NCBI GenBank assembly: GCA_964347475.1
Contig: CAYFYY010000007.1
Span: forward strand, 1,261 to 65,260
Direction: 5' to 3'
DNA length: 64,000 nucleotides
From: an uncultured Flavobacteriales bacterium
GTDB lineage: Bacteria; Pseudomonadota; Alphaproteobacteria; UBA8366; JADFVY01
The notes below the pieces were generated by a model. The model was not told where the DNA came from and did not search any database. It saw nothing but the letters and a program-made list of their open reading frames with translations. Numbering within the stretch: the first letter of the stretch is position 1; each line of letters starts with the position of its first letter. This document shows, in pieces, positions 1 to 9,730 of the stretch. The translations under genes were made by a program, and so were the position numbers.

Positions 1-210
1 CCCGGCGGCGGCCAGCGACTTTTCGATATTGTCGAGCACGGTGCGCACCTGCGCCGCCATGTCGCCGATTCCGACGACGCTGCCCTGCTTATCGAACGGC
101 ACAGTGCCGGCGACATGCACCTGGGTCGCGCCGGTCGCCTTGATCACCTGCGTATAGAGGCCGCGGTTCGGCCGGTAGGTGTCGTCGGGGTTGATCCGCT
201 CGAGCGGCAT
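1..210 (-). CDS. RidA/YjgF/Rid family protein (5' part; runs off the window edge)
   Basis: Not in the ORF track. ATG at 210 preceded by GGAGG; my translation MPLERINPDDTYRPNRGLYTQVIKATGATQVHVAGTVPFDKQGSVVGIGDMAAQVRTVLDNIEKSLAAAG has the typical Rid N-terminal pattern. Confidence 0.85.
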   Translation of the reverse strand, partial: MPLERINPDDTYRPNRGLYTQVIKATGATQVHVAGTVPFDKQGSVVGIGDMAAQVRTVLDNIEKSLAAAG

Positions 211-243
211 GCCGTCCTCCCGGGCGCCGCGCGCCCCCGAAGC

Positions 244-1551
244 TCAATACGGGTTGGCGATCGGCAGCTCCTGGGCCGGGAACAGGGTGATCACCTGGCA
301 GCCGTCACTGGTGACCACGACCTCTTCCTCGATGCGCGCCGCCGACATGCCGTCGGTCGCCGGGCAGTAGGTCTCGAGCGCGAACACCATGCCCTCCTTG
401 ATCTCCATCGGATCGTCGAAGGACACCAGGCGCGAGATGATCGGCCGCTCGTGCAGGGCGACGCCGAGCCCGTGCCCGAACTGCAGCGCGAACGCCTCCA
501 TCTCGTCGGCGAAGCCGAACTCCTCGGCCTTGGGCCAGACGGCGGCGACCTGGTCGGTGCCGACGCCCGGCCGGATCATCGCGATCGAGGCGTCGATCCA
601 CTCGCGCGCCTTCTTGTAGGCGTCCTGCTGGGCGGCGGTCGCCTTGCCGATGTTGAAGGTGCGGTAATAGCAGGTCCGGTAGCCCATATAGGCCTGGATG
701 ATGTCGAAGAAGGCCTGGTCGCCGGGGCGCAGCACGCGGTCGGTGAAGTTGTGCGGATGCGGGCTGCAGCGCTCGCCCGACACGGCGTTGATCGCCTCGA
801 CGTCGTCCGAGCCCATCTCGTAGAGCATCTTGTTGGCCTTGGCGACGAGGTCGGATTCGCGCACGCCCGGCTTCATCTCCTCGAACATCATGTGATAGGT
901 GCCGTCGACCATCGAGGCGGCGACGTTCAGCAGCATGATCTCGTCCATGCTCTTGATCTCGCGGGCATCCAGCATGACCTGCTGGCCGTCGCGCACCTCG
1001 AGGTTCTGCTTCTGCAGCTCGAACATCATCGGCGGCTCGACGATGTCGACGCCGATCGGCTGGTCGGCGACCCCGGCCTCGACCAGCATCGCCTTGATCT
1101 CCTTCGCCGCCTTTTCCATCAGCCCGGCCGAGGGCGGCACCGTGCCGCGCAGGCCGAGCATGCCGGCATGGCAGCAGCTCTGCGGCAGCCACGGCGCGTG
1201 CAGCCGGTGGTGCGCCGCGGCCGAGCCGAAGTCCCAGACATGCGGCTCCATGTCGCCGGCCAGGAGGCAGTAGCGGGCGATCTTGTCGCGCGACCATTCG
1301 CCGATCGTGGTGCTGGAGATGTAGCGGATGTTGTTGTTGTCGAAGCACAGCAGGGCGCCGAGTTCGGAGTTCTGCATCGCCTGGCGCGTGCGCCCGAGCC
1401 GGTAGTTGTGCAGGCGCCGGAAGTTCACCCGCTCCTCGAAGTCGACGGCGCTGTTGCCCGGCGCCGGGATGGCGCGGTCCCAGTTGTAGCGGGGATCGAT
1501 GTCCTCCGGCCGGATGATCGTCGGTTCGCTCAGCTTCGCCTTGTCGCTCAT
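244..1551 (-). CDS. M24 (Xaa-Pro peptidase/creatinase fold) family hydrolase
   Basis: Creatinase-like N-domain (DNNNIRY) plus pita-bread motifs FFDI, GHGLG..LHE, ALETY, RIEEEV; GGAGG upstream. Confidence 0.88.
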   Translation of the reverse strand: MSDKAKLSEPTIIRPEDIDPRYNWDRAIPAPGNSAVDFEERVNFRRLHNYRLGRTRQAMQNSELGALLCFDNNNIRYISSTTIGEWSRDKIARYCLLAGDMEPHVWDFGSAAAHHRLHAPWLPQSCCHAGMLGLRGTVPPSAGLMEKAAKEIKAMLVEAGVADQPIGVDIVEPPMMFELQKQNLEVRDGQQVMLDAREIKSMDEIMLLNVAASMVDGTYHMMFEEMKPGVRESDLVAKANKMLYEMGSDDVEAINAVSGERCSPHPHNFTDRVLRPGDQAFFDIIQAYMGYRTCYYRTFNIGKATAAQQDAYKKAREWIDASIAMIRPGVGTDQVAAVWPKAEEFGFADEMEAFALQFGHGLGVALHERPIISRLVSFDDPMEIKEGMVFALETYCPATDGMSAARIEEEVVVTSDGCQVITLFPAQELPIANPY

Positions 1552-1609
1552 GTCTCGGTCCTCCCGGTTTCGTCCATTATACCCCTGATCGCGGCGCCGC
1601 GAAGGCCCC

Positions 1610-2683
1610 TCATCCCGGCCTCGCCCCCAGATGCCCGGCCATCCAGTCCGCCGTCAGCGAATCGTAGCAGTGGCGTCGGTTGTTGGCGTTGTGGCCGCCG
1701 CGCGGGACCACCAGGAACTGGGTCGGCCCCGAGGCCTCCTCAGCGATGCGCGCCGTCGATTCGGGCGGCACGATGGAATCGTCATCGCCGGTGACCAGGA
1801 ACAGCGGGCAGGTGATCTTCGACGCGACGCCCTCCATCGACAGCTGTTTCGAGGCCTCCTCCGCCTCTTCCATCGTCGTCGCGCCCGAACGCTGCATGAA
1901 GGCGGCCTTGGTCAGCGGCGTCGAGTTGGCCCAGCCGTCGTGCCGGTTGTAGGGGCCGGACAGGCCGATGCAGGCCTTGATGCGCTTCTCGAAGGCGGCG
2001 GCGCGCGGCGCGTAGTAGCCTCCGAGGCTGACTCCCCATAGGCCGATGCGCCCGGCATCGATGTCGGCCCGGGTCGTAACGAAGTCGACGACGGCGGTCA
2101 CCGCCACCTCGTAGTCGCCGCGGATCGCGAACTCGTACTCGCCCTCGCCCTGGCCGGGCCCGTCGAAGGCCAGCGTCGCCATGCCGCGGCGCAGGAACGG
2201 CGCCTCGTTGGTGCCGAGCTCCTCCTTCGCCGAATCGAGGCCGCAACACATGATCACCACCGGCGGCCGCTCGACGCCGCGCGGCTTGCGCAGGACGCCG
2301 TACAGCGCCTTGCCCTCGTAGGGGATCTCGACGCGCTCGCCGGGCGGGTCGAGATGCGGCAGCGCCATTGTATGGCACTCGACCGCCTTGGCATGCGCCG
2401 CCTTCAGCTGGTCCATGTCCTTGACGAACAGGAACTTGGCGAAGTGGTACAGCACGGCGGCGCGCTGCAGATGCTCGCCGGCGCTGATGCCATGCCCCTC
2501 GGCCAGCGCCTTGCGGCCGGCGTCCTCGTGCTCGGCGGCGCGTGCCGACCAGGCCCGGCACCAGTCGTCCCAGCGGTCAAGGCTCCCGGTCACCTCCTGG
2601 AAGTCCGACAGCGGCACGCCGTTGATGACGAACCGGCCGGCCCATTTGGCGATGACGATGTCGATCAGCTTGTCCCGTGCCAT
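1610..2683 (-). CDS. Alpha/beta hydrolase, 2,6-dihydroxy-pseudooxynicotine-hydrolase-like (FrsA-like)
   Basis: True start MARDKLID at 2683 with GGGAGG RBS; GLDSAKEE, FDGPGQGE, nucleophile GVSLGG, D and H of the triad (GDDD, GGHN). Confidence 0.85.
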   Translation of the reverse strand: MARDKLIDIVIAKWAGRFVINGVPLSDFQEVTGSLDRWDDWCRAWSARAAEHEDAGRKALAEGHGISAGEHLQRAAVLYHFAKFLFVKDMDQLKAAHAKAVECHTMALPHLDPPGERVEIPYEGKALYGVLRKPRGVERPPVVIMCCGLDSAKEELGTNEAPFLRRGMATLAFDGPGQGEGEYEFAIRGDYEVAVTAVVDFVTTRADIDAGRIGLWGVSLGGYYAPRAAAFEKRIKACIGLSGPYNRHDGWANSTPLTKAAFMQRSGATTMEEAEEASKQLSMEGVASKITCPLFLVTGDDDSIVPPESTARIAEEASGPTQFLVVPRGGHNANNRRHCYDSLTADWMAGHLGARPG

Positions 2684-2699
2684 GTCCGGCCTCCCGTGC

Positions 2700-3488
2700 T
2701 CATGTTCCCGTGGTGCGGGCGGCGTCCGGCGCCGCCGCCTTCGGCTTGCCGCCGATGCCCTCGTACTGCTCCGACAGCCGCGCCCCGAAATAGAACGCCC
2801 GCGCATAGGAGGACCGCGCCCGCATCCGCGCATACCAGTCGGTAACGGACGGGCGGTCGGCCCACAAGGCCCCGAGGCCGAGGTCGTCGGCACGATCCAC
2901 CAGCGGCAGCATGCAGAAATCGGCCAGGGTGATCCGCGCCCCGCAGAGCCATGCCCCCTGCTGCAGCGTCGTGTCCATGCGCGATGCGGTGAGCGCGATG
3001 CGCTCCTCCGCCTCGTCCAGCGTCTGCCGGTCGAAGCCGGTGCGGGCGAACTTGCGGAAGAAATGCTTGCGCAGAGGCTTGGCCGCGGCGATGCGCTCGA
3101 ACTCGGCCGGGTCCATGTCGCGGAAATGCTTCGCGAAGCCCTGGTTGTAGGACGGGTAGCGCACCGCCGGGGTCGGCACCTCGTCGATGAAGCGCAGCCA
3201 GGCCCGCATGCGCGCGCGTCCGGCCGGGTCAACCGGCGTGAACGAAAGTTCCGGGAACACCTCGTCGAGATATTCGACGATCACCGAGGATTCGATGATC
3301 ACCGCGCCGTCGTGGACCAGCGCCGGGACGACGCCGTTGGGGTTGATCGCAAGGTACTCTTCGGTCAGCTGGTCGCCGGCGAACAGGCGCAGCCGATGGT
3401 CGACGAAGTCGAGCCCCTTCTCGTGCAGGACCAGCCGCACCTTCTGGCTGCAGGTCGACTGTGCCGCGTTGTACAGCTCCAGCGTCAT
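2700..3488 (-). CDS. Glutathione S-transferase family protein
   Basis: MTLELYNAAQSTCSQKVRLVL, INPNGVVPALV, IESSVIVEYLDE, ITLADF motifs. Confidence 0.9.
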   Translation of the reverse strand: MTLELYNAAQSTCSQKVRLVLHEKGLDFVDHRLRLFAGDQLTEEYLAINPNGVVPALVHDGAVIIESSVIVEYLDEVFPELSFTPVDPAGRARMRAWLRFIDEVPTPAVRYPSYNQGFAKHFRDMDPAEFERIAAAKPLRKHFFRKFARTGFDRQTLDEAEERIALTASRMDTTLQQGAWLCGARITLADFCMLPLVDRADDLGLGALWADRPSVTDWYARMRARSSYARAFYFGARLSEQYEGIGGKPKAAAPDAARTTGT

Positions 3489-3505
3489 GAAACGCTCATC
3501 ATCCC

Positions 3506-3660
3506 GGACACCTTTGCGCGGCAATGGAATGCGTCATCGCGAGGCTGCGAAGCAGCCGCGGCGATCCAGAAAAGAGCGCGTTTTGCGCGGCGTTCTGGAT
3601 TGCCACGTCGGCCTTCGGCCGCCTCGCAATGACGATCTTGGTTTGCGTGCATGGGTCTCC
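3506..3660. repeat. Palindromic intergenic element, family A, copy 1 (MITE/REP-like, about 155 bp)
   Basis: Core 3532-3634 (CGTCATCGCGAGG...CCTCGCAATGACG) is near-identical to the reverse complement of 40553-40655; degenerate outer inverted repeat GGACACCTTTGC...GCATGGGTCTCC. Confidence 0.85.
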
Positions 3661-3678
3661 AACCTGCCTCCGAGCCGG

Positions 3679-4620
3679 TCAGTCCTCGAGCCCGGTCGGC
3701 ACGGCCACGTTCTCGGATTTGAGCTCGAGCCCCGAGGCCCGCGCCTGCAGCTCCAGCAGGGTCGCGAAGTCGGTGTCGGTAAACCCGTTGCCGATCAGCG
3801 CTTGGATGATCTCGCGCGTCGCGGAGGCGACCGGCATCGGCACCTCGAACTTGCGCGCCGCGGCGAGGCCGAGATCCATGTCCTTGCGCAGCAGCGGCGG
3901 CGTGAAGGTCGTCGTGTAGTCGAGGTTGACCAGGGCCGGCGACTTGTACTGGGTGAACATCGAGCCCATGACGCTCTTGTTGATGAACTCGAGCAGCGCG
4001 TGGCGCGGCACGCCGGCCTTCTCGGCCAGCACCGTGATCTCGACCAGCGACTGGATGACGACGCCGAGGAAGACGTTGTGGCAGATCTTACAGAAGCGGG
4101 CCAGCTCGCCTTCGCCGACATAGCTGACGCCGCGCCCCAGCCGCTCCAGATAGCCGACCGCCTCGTCGTAGGTCTCCTTCGGCCCGGAGGCGACGATGCT
4201 GAGCTTGCCGGCCTTGACCACCTTGCCGTTGCCGCTGACCGGCGCGGCCAGGAACGCCGCGCCGACCTTGCCGACGTCTTCGCGCGCCTGGGCCGAGGCC
4301 TCTTCGGAGACGCTGGTGCAGTCGATGAAGATCTTCGGCGGTCCACCGGACCCCGAGAGCACGCCGGTCGGCCCCGAGATCACCTCCAGGAGGTCGTCGG
4401 AGGTCGCCACCATCGTGAACACGATGTCGCGGTCGGCAAGGTCGGCCGGCGAATCGACGATCGTCGCGCCCGCCGCCTCGAGCGGCTCGGCCTTCGACCG
4501 GGTGCGGTTGTAGACGGCGATATCGCAGCCGGCCTTGGCCAGGCGCTCGGCCATCGGGTAGCCCATGCGGCCGGCGCCGATCCAGCCGAGTCTGTGCCGT
4601 TTGGGATCGAAATCTGTCAT
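3679..4620 (-). CDS. NAD(P)-dependent beta-hydroxyacid dehydrogenase family (3-hydroxyisobutyrate dehydrogenase-like)
   Basis: GWIGAGRMG Rossmann motif, YNRT, APVSG, catalytic Lys in KICHN, KDMDL. Confidence 0.88.
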   Translation of the reverse strand: MTDFDPKRHRLGWIGAGRMGYPMAERLAKAGCDIAVYNRTRSKAEPLEAAGATIVDSPADLADRDIVFTMVATSDDLLEVISGPTGVLSGSGGPPKIFIDCTSVSEEASAQAREDVGKVGAAFLAAPVSGNGKVVKAGKLSIVASGPKETYDEAVGYLERLGRGVSYVGEGELARFCKICHNVFLGVVIQSLVEITVLAEKAGVPRHALLEFINKSVMGSMFTQYKSPALVNLDYTTTFTPPLLRKDMDLGLAAARKFEVPMPVASATREIIQALIGNGFTDTDFATLLELQARASGLELKSENVAVPTGLED

Positions 4621-4674
4621 CGCTCTCCATCTCGTGTTTTGAAGGTGTGTTCCATGCTCATGACCTTGCGGGCC

Positions 4675-5712
4675 TCAGTCCCAGTCGAGGATGCGCGGCA
4701 GCCGCCCCATGCGGCGCAACGTGCCGACGATCCCATTGGGGAAGAACATCAGCGCCAGGATCATGACGATGCCGGTGCCGAGGATGTTGATCTGGCTGGC
4801 GCCGAACTGGGCGACGAAGAACTCGTTGAAGGCGACCAGCAGCACGGTCCCGACGACCGGGCCCGCCACCGTGCCCTTGCCGCCGAGGATGCACATCAGC
4901 ACCATGTTCGCGGCGACCAGGATGATCAGGAAGATGTTGGGCCGCAGATAGGTCATGTAGTCGCCCCAGATGGCGCCCGCCATGCCGACGAAGAAGGCGC
5001 TGATGGCGAAGGCCAGGATCTTGTAAAAGCGCGTGTCGATACCGGCGCTCTCGGCCTTGATCTCGTCCTGCGAGATCGCCCGCAAGCCCAGCCCGAACTT
5101 CGAGTGCCGGATCGCGTAGGAGGCCAGCACCGCGGCCACCGCGATCGCCAGCATCGCATAGTAATAGGGGATCTTTACGTACTGCACCGGCAGCTCCATG
5201 CGCGGCAGACTGATGCCGTTGGAGCCGCCGACGAAATCCCAGTTGTCGAACAGGATGCGCGCCACCATCAGGAGCGCGATCGACGAGATGATGAAGGCCG
5301 GCCCACGCACGCGCAACGTGATGAGCCCGATGCAGAAGCCGACGGCCATGGCCGCAACGCCGGCGAACGGCGCGGTCACGAAGGACGGGATGCCGTAACT
5401 GGCCAGCAGCATGCCCGAGAAATAGCCGCCGACGCAGAAGAACACGTTGTGCCCGATCGAGATGTAGCCGGCAAAACCGCCGAGGATATTCCAGCCCGAG
5501 GTCATGGCGATGTACATGAAGCAGTACAGCATCAGGTGAAGCGGATAGTTCCAGTTGCCGCCGGTCAGCTGCACCAGCGGGAAGGCAAGGAGGACGCCGA
5601 ACACCGCGAGCAGCGCGACGCGCGAACCGCCGCCGCGGCGCGCGCCGGCGAGCCCGGCCTTGTAGGCGGAGCGCTCGGCGAGGACGGATTCGATGCTGCG
5701 CTGCTGGTCCAT
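4675..5712 (-). CDS. Branched-chain amino acid-type ABC permease (LivM-like)
   Basis: WNILGGFAGYISIGH, GLGLRAISQDEIKAESAGI, ILGGKGT motifs; hydrophobic. Confidence 0.92.
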   Translation of the reverse strand: MDQQRSIESVLAERSAYKAGLAGARRGGGSRVALLAVFGVLLAFPLVQLTGGNWNYPLHLMLYCFMYIAMTSGWNILGGFAGYISIGHNVFFCVGGYFSGMLLASYGIPSFVTAPFAGVAAMAVGFCIGLITLRVRGPAFIISSIALLMVARILFDNWDFVGGSNGISLPRMELPVQYVKIPYYYAMLAIAVAAVLASYAIRHSKFGLGLRAISQDEIKAESAGIDTRFYKILAFAISAFFVGMAGAIWGDYMTYLRPNIFLIILVAANMVLMCILGGKGTVAGPVVGTVLLVAFNEFFVAQFGASQINILGTGIVMILALMFFPNGIVGTLRRMGRLPRILDWD

Positions 5713-5719
5713 GCCGGGC

Positions 5720-6592
5720 CTACTCCATCTTCGCGCCGAACAGGCCCTGCGGGCGCACCAGCAGGATCAGGAACAGCGCCAGGAAGAACGTCATCATCGA
5801 CCAGGTCGAGCCGAAATAGGAGCCGACGAAGGCGGACACGATGGCCAGCAGGAAGGCGCCGACCACGGCGCCCATAAGGCGTCCCATGCCGCCGAGCACG
5901 ATCAGCGACATGAGCAGCGCGATCCACTCCCAATGGCGCGCCGGGAAGAAGCTGAAGATGAAGCTGATCAGCGCGCCCGAGGCGCCGGCGAGGCCGATGC
6001 CGATGCCGAAGGTTACGGTCGACACGAGGCCGACATTGACGCCGAGTAGCTGCGCCGCGTCACGGTTCTGGGTCGTCGCCCGGATGGCGTAGCCGAAGCG
6101 CGTGTATTTGAGGAACGCGACCAGGGCGCCGATCAGGCCGATGCTGATGACGCCGGCATAGAACTGGCCCTTGGGCAGGAACAGGTCGCCGATGAGGATG
6201 GCCTCGACGGCATAGGCCGGCGAGGTGATGCGGTGGATGTTGCCGAAGGCGACGCCGAGCAGACCGTCGAACGACAGCGCCACGGCGAAGGTCAGCAGCA
6301 CCGTCATCTCCGAGTATTTCGCGCTGCTCGCCTCGCGCTCGAAGATCAGCTTGTAGACGATGATGCCGAGGCAGAACAGCACGACCGCGGCGATCGGCAT
6401 CGACAGGATCGGGTCGAGGCCGATCAGCTGGAACAGCCAGTAGCTGACATAGGCACCGATGATGATGAAGATCGGATGGGCGAGATTGATGATCTTCATG
6501 ACCCCGAAGATCAGCGTCAGCCCCGAGGCCATCAGGGCGTACACGCCGCCCAGCGCGGCGCCGATCAGCAGGATCTGCAGGATATCGGTCAT
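5720..6592 (-). CDS. Branched-chain amino acid-type ABC permease (LivH-like)
   Basis: GLTLIFGVMKIINLAH, TRFGYAIRATTQNRDAAQLLGVN, VLGGMG. Confidence 0.92.
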   Translation of the reverse strand: MTDILQILLIGAALGGVYALMASGLTLIFGVMKIINLAHPIFIIIGAYVSYWLFQLIGLDPILSMPIAAVVLFCLGIIVYKLIFEREASSAKYSEMTVLLTFAVALSFDGLLGVAFGNIHRITSPAYAVEAILIGDLFLPKGQFYAGVISIGLIGALVAFLKYTRFGYAIRATTQNRDAAQLLGVNVGLVSTVTFGIGIGLAGASGALISFIFSFFPARHWEWIALLMSLIVLGGMGRLMGAVVGAFLLAIVSAFVGSYFGSTWSMMTFFLALFLILLVRPQGLFGAKME

Positions 6593-6605
6593 CGCACCCC
6601 CGCCG

Positions 6606-7346
6606 TCATGCCGCGCCGGCGCGCTTGCCGAGGTAGAGCTCGCGGATCCGCGGATCCTGAAGGATCCCGTCCGCCGGCCCCTCGAACAAGGTCTTGCCGA
6701 GGTCGAGCACGCAGCCGAGATCGGCGTTGGACAGGCCGACGACGGCGTTCTGCTCGACGATGATGACGGTAATCCCCTTGTCCTTGAGCAGCCGGATGAT
6801 GTCGAAGACCTGCCGGACGACCCGCGGCGCGAGGCCGAGCGACGGTTCGTCGAGCATCACGATGCGCGGGCGCAGCACCAGGGTTCGCCCCATGGTGAGC
6901 ATCTGCTGTTCGCCGCCGGACAGCGACTTGGCGCGCTGGCCGCTGCGCTCGCGCAGGATCGGGAACGCTTCCAGCACCTCGTCGATGCGCGAGTCCAGCT
7001 CGGCCTTGTCGGCGAGGATATAGCCGCCCATGCGCAGGTTCTCGCGCACGCTCATGTCCGGGAACAGCGCACGCTCCTGGGGGACGAGACAGATGCCGCG
7101 GCGCAGCACCTGGTCCGGCCGCAGCCCGGTGATCGCGTGGCCGTCGAAGTTAACGCTGCCGGCGCGCGCCGGCAGCAGGCCCGCCACAACCTTCAGCAGG
7201 GTCGACTTGCCCGCGCCGTTCGGGCCGATGATGCAATGGGTCCGACCTTCCTCGACGGTCATTTCCGCGCCGTTCAGGATCGCCGGCCCACGCCCGTAGC
7301 CGGCGACCACATCGCGCACCTCGAGGAGCGCCGCCGCGTCAGGCAT
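6606..7346 (-). CDS. ABC transporter ATP-binding protein (LivF-like)
   Basis: Walker A GPNGAGKST, signature LSGGEQQ, Walker B MLDEPS; start MPDAAALLEV overlaps the livG-like stop. Confidence 0.93.
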   Translation of the reverse strand: MPDAAALLEVRDVVAGYGRGPAILNGAEMTVEEGRTHCIIGPNGAGKSTLLKVVAGLLPARAGSVNFDGHAITGLRPDQVLRRGICLVPQERALFPDMSVRENLRMGGYILADKAELDSRIDEVLEAFPILRERSGQRAKSLSGGEQQMLTMGRTLVLRPRIVMLDEPSLGLAPRVVRQVFDIIRLLKDKGITVIIVEQNAVVGLSNADLGCVLDLGKTLFEGPADGILQDPRIRELYLGKRAGAA

Positions 7347-8079
7347 GGCCGGCCTCCCCGCCGAGATAGGCATCGAGCACCCGCGGGTCGGCCTGGATGG
7401 CCTGCGGCTCACCCTCGGCGATGACCGAGCCGTACGCCATCACGACGACCTTGTGGCTAAGGCTCATCACCAGATCCATGTTGTGCTCGACGATCAGCAC
7501 CGTCAGGCCCTGGCTGTTGAGCTCCTGGATGTGCCCGACGATTGCCTCGAGGAGTGCCGGGTTGACGCCGCCGGCCGGCTCGTCGAGCAGGATGATCTTC
7601 GGCTCCGACATCAGGAGCGCGACGAAATCCATCAGCTTCTTCTGGCCGAACGACAGGTTGCGCGCCTCCTCGTGCGCAAGATGCGTGATGCCGACGAAGT
7701 CGAGCAGGTCCATCGCGCGCGCCTCCTCGGCGCGGCCGATGGCCCGGCGGAACAGGCCGGCGAGGCCGTCGACGCGGGCCTGCACGACGAGGTTCTCCAG
7801 CACCGTCAGGTCCTCCAGCGTGCGCGTGATCTGGAAGGTCCGGCTCAGCCCGCGCCGTGTGATCTGGTGCGGGGGCAGCGCGTCGATCCGCTCGCCGCGC
7901 AGCCACACCTCGCCGGAATCGGCTTCCAGCGTGCCGCTGATCAGGTTGAAGACGGTCGTCTTGCCGGCGCCGTTGGGGCCGATCAGCGCCGTGATCGAGC
8001 CCTCCGCCACCGTGAACGAGCAGTCGTCCACGGCATGGATGCCGCCAAAGGATTTGCACAGCCGGCGAACTTCGAACAT
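7339..8079 (-). CDS. ABC transporter ATP-binding protein (LivG-like)
   Basis: GPNGAGKTT, LSFGQKK, LLDEPAGG, VEHNMD. Confidence 0.93.
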   Translation of the reverse strand: MFEVRRLCKSFGGIHAVDDCSFTVAEGSITALIGPNGAGKTTVFNLISGTLEADSGEVWLRGERIDALPPHQITRRGLSRTFQITRTLEDLTVLENLVVQARVDGLAGLFRRAIGRAEEARAMDLLDFVGITHLAHEEARNLSFGQKKLMDFVALLMSEPKIILLDEPAGGVNPALLEAIVGHIQELNSQGLTVLIVEHNMDLVMSLSHKVVVMAYGSVIAEGEPQAIQADPRVLDAYLGGEAGHA

Positions 8080-8177
8080 GCCCTCAACCCAAATGCAACC
8101 GGAAACGATTCCAGACCGCCGGCCGGCGGGCCGGCGCGCCGCAATTCGCCAAAGACCGCGGCGCCCCGATTACCGAC

Positions 8178-9464
8178 TCACCACTGCGGCTTCGGGTAGA
8201 GGATCGGCACCGTGCCCTCGAACTCATCCGTCGGATAGATGAATTTGAGCTCGCCGCCCTGCCACTGGGTCATCAGATGCGGCCGGTCGATCGGCAGGCC
8301 ACGCTTGTCCCAGTGGAACGGGCCGAGGATCGTGCGCACCGGTTCGGCCGCCGTACGGGCATGCAGCCAGTCGGCGAGCTTGCCATTGTCGGTCGTGCCG
8401 GCGCCGCGGATCGCCTGCTCCATGCCCTGGCACAGGGCGAACGGAATCGCTCCGTCCTCGTCCGGCTCGGCGCCGTATTTGGCCTTGAAGGCGGCGATGA
8501 AGTCCTTGTTCCCGAACGGCTTGCCGGACAGAAGTCCCTTCCAGTCGGCGGCCGGATGCCAGCTCGAATGGATGATGACGCCGTCGGAGGCCTTGCCGAC
8601 GGCCTCCTGATATTCGTTCTGCGTGCCCTGGCTCATGAAGATCGCCTTGGGCTGGTACTTGAGCGTCTGCAGGGCGCGGGTCAACTGCACCGCCTCCTCC
8701 GCCGACGCGGTCAGTCCGACCAGGAACTCGGCGTCGCTGCGCTTGATCGAGTTGGCCAGTGTCACCCAGTCCGAGAAACCCTCCTCCGGCCATTTCTCGT
8801 TCAGCACGACCTTCATGCCGAGATCGGCGAAGTTGCCCGGCGCAAGGTTGGCCACGACCTTGCCGCTGCCCGGCAGCGTGACCTCCTCGCCGAGCAGGCC
8901 GGCGGCGATGCCGTTGGCGAAGAAGTCGTCGGCGCGCACAATGGCGACGGTCTTCGGCATGTTCGCCGTGCCGACCAGGTCCTTGAGCATGCGCTCCACC
9001 GACTCGCCGATATGCTCGGCCGCGTTCTGCTGGAAATAGAACAGGTTCTTGTGGCCGATGCTGTAGATGCGCAGCGCCCCGCCCGAGGGAATCGGGTTGA
9101 CCATGCCGTAGCGCTCGGTGATCGCGCTGACCGGGAAGGTCAGCTTGCTGGAAAACGTGCCGAAGATCACGTCGACCTTGTCGACGTTGATCATGCGCTC
9201 GTACTGGCTGATCGCGGTCTCCGTGTCCGAGCGGTTGTCGCTGACGATCAGCTCGAGCTTGCGGCCGAGGATGCCGCCGTTCTCGTTGATCATGCTGACG
9301 CACAGCTCGTAGCCGACCTTGTGCTTGTCGCCGGTCACCGAAAACCCGCCGGTCAGCGGCAGCGAGGCCCCGACCTTGATCGGCTGCTGCGCCCATGCGG
9401 TGCCCGCCAACGCCGAAACAGCAAACGTCGCGGCCGCAAGGGCCGGTAAGAGTCTGAAATTCAT
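8178..9464 (-). CDS. ABC transporter substrate-binding protein (LivK/PBP1 family)
   Basis: Signal peptide MNFRLLPALAAA...AWA, then IKVGASLPLTG; GGAGG RBS before ATG 9464. Confidence 0.92.
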   Translation of the reverse strand: MNFRLLPALAAATFAVSALAGTAWAQQPIKVGASLPLTGGFSVTGDKHKVGYELCVSMINENGGILGRKLELIVSDNRSDTETAISQYERMINVDKVDVIFGTFSSKLTFPVSAITERYGMVNPIPSGGALRIYSIGHKNLFYFQQNAAEHIGESVERMLKDLVGTANMPKTVAIVRADDFFANGIAAGLLGEEVTLPGSGKVVANLAPGNFADLGMKVVLNEKWPEEGFSDWVTLANSIKRSDAEFLVGLTASAEEAVQLTRALQTLKYQPKAIFMSQGTQNEYQEAVGKASDGVIIHSSWHPAADWKGLLSGKPFGNKDFIAAFKAKYGAEPDEDGAIPFALCQGMEQAIRGAGTTDNGKLADWLHARTAAEPVRTILGPFHWDKRGLPIDRPHLMTQWQGGELKFIYPTDEFEGTVPILYPKPQW

Positions 9465-9567
9465 CCTGTCCTCCCTGTACGACATGCAAGTGAAAATGCG
9501 CGTGCCCGTGTTTTGCCGGAACCTACCCGCTGCGAAGGTGCCCGCCGGAAGCGGCGAAAAGCCTTTT

Positions 9568-9581
9568 CGCAATCGTTTGCA
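9568..9581. promoter_or_regulatory. Candidate LacI-family operator
   Basis: CGCAATCGTTTGCA fits the LacI-family palindrome NGNAANCGNTTNCN, in the divergent spacer between the ABC operon and lacI. Confidence 0.6.
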
Positions 9582-9730
9582 CGTGGTAGGCTGAACCTAC
9601 TGCCCGCGCGCGCGCCAAGTCAAGCGCTTTGTCCGGCCCGGCGGCCTGCCGACGCGCCGGCCGGAGCGAGATCCGCCGGGGCGGATTGTCTCCACGACAG
9701 TCACGGAAACCACCCGCGAACGTTGCGCCC

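Noticed and set aside
115-1794. Long ORFs antisense or off-frame to real genes (e.g. 115-1794+, 3187-5877+, 16056-18113-, 44166-45740-, 55435-57738+)
   Set aside because: Shadow ORFs expected in high-GC DNA; Arg/Ala/Pro-rich, no motifs, and they overlap well-supported genes.
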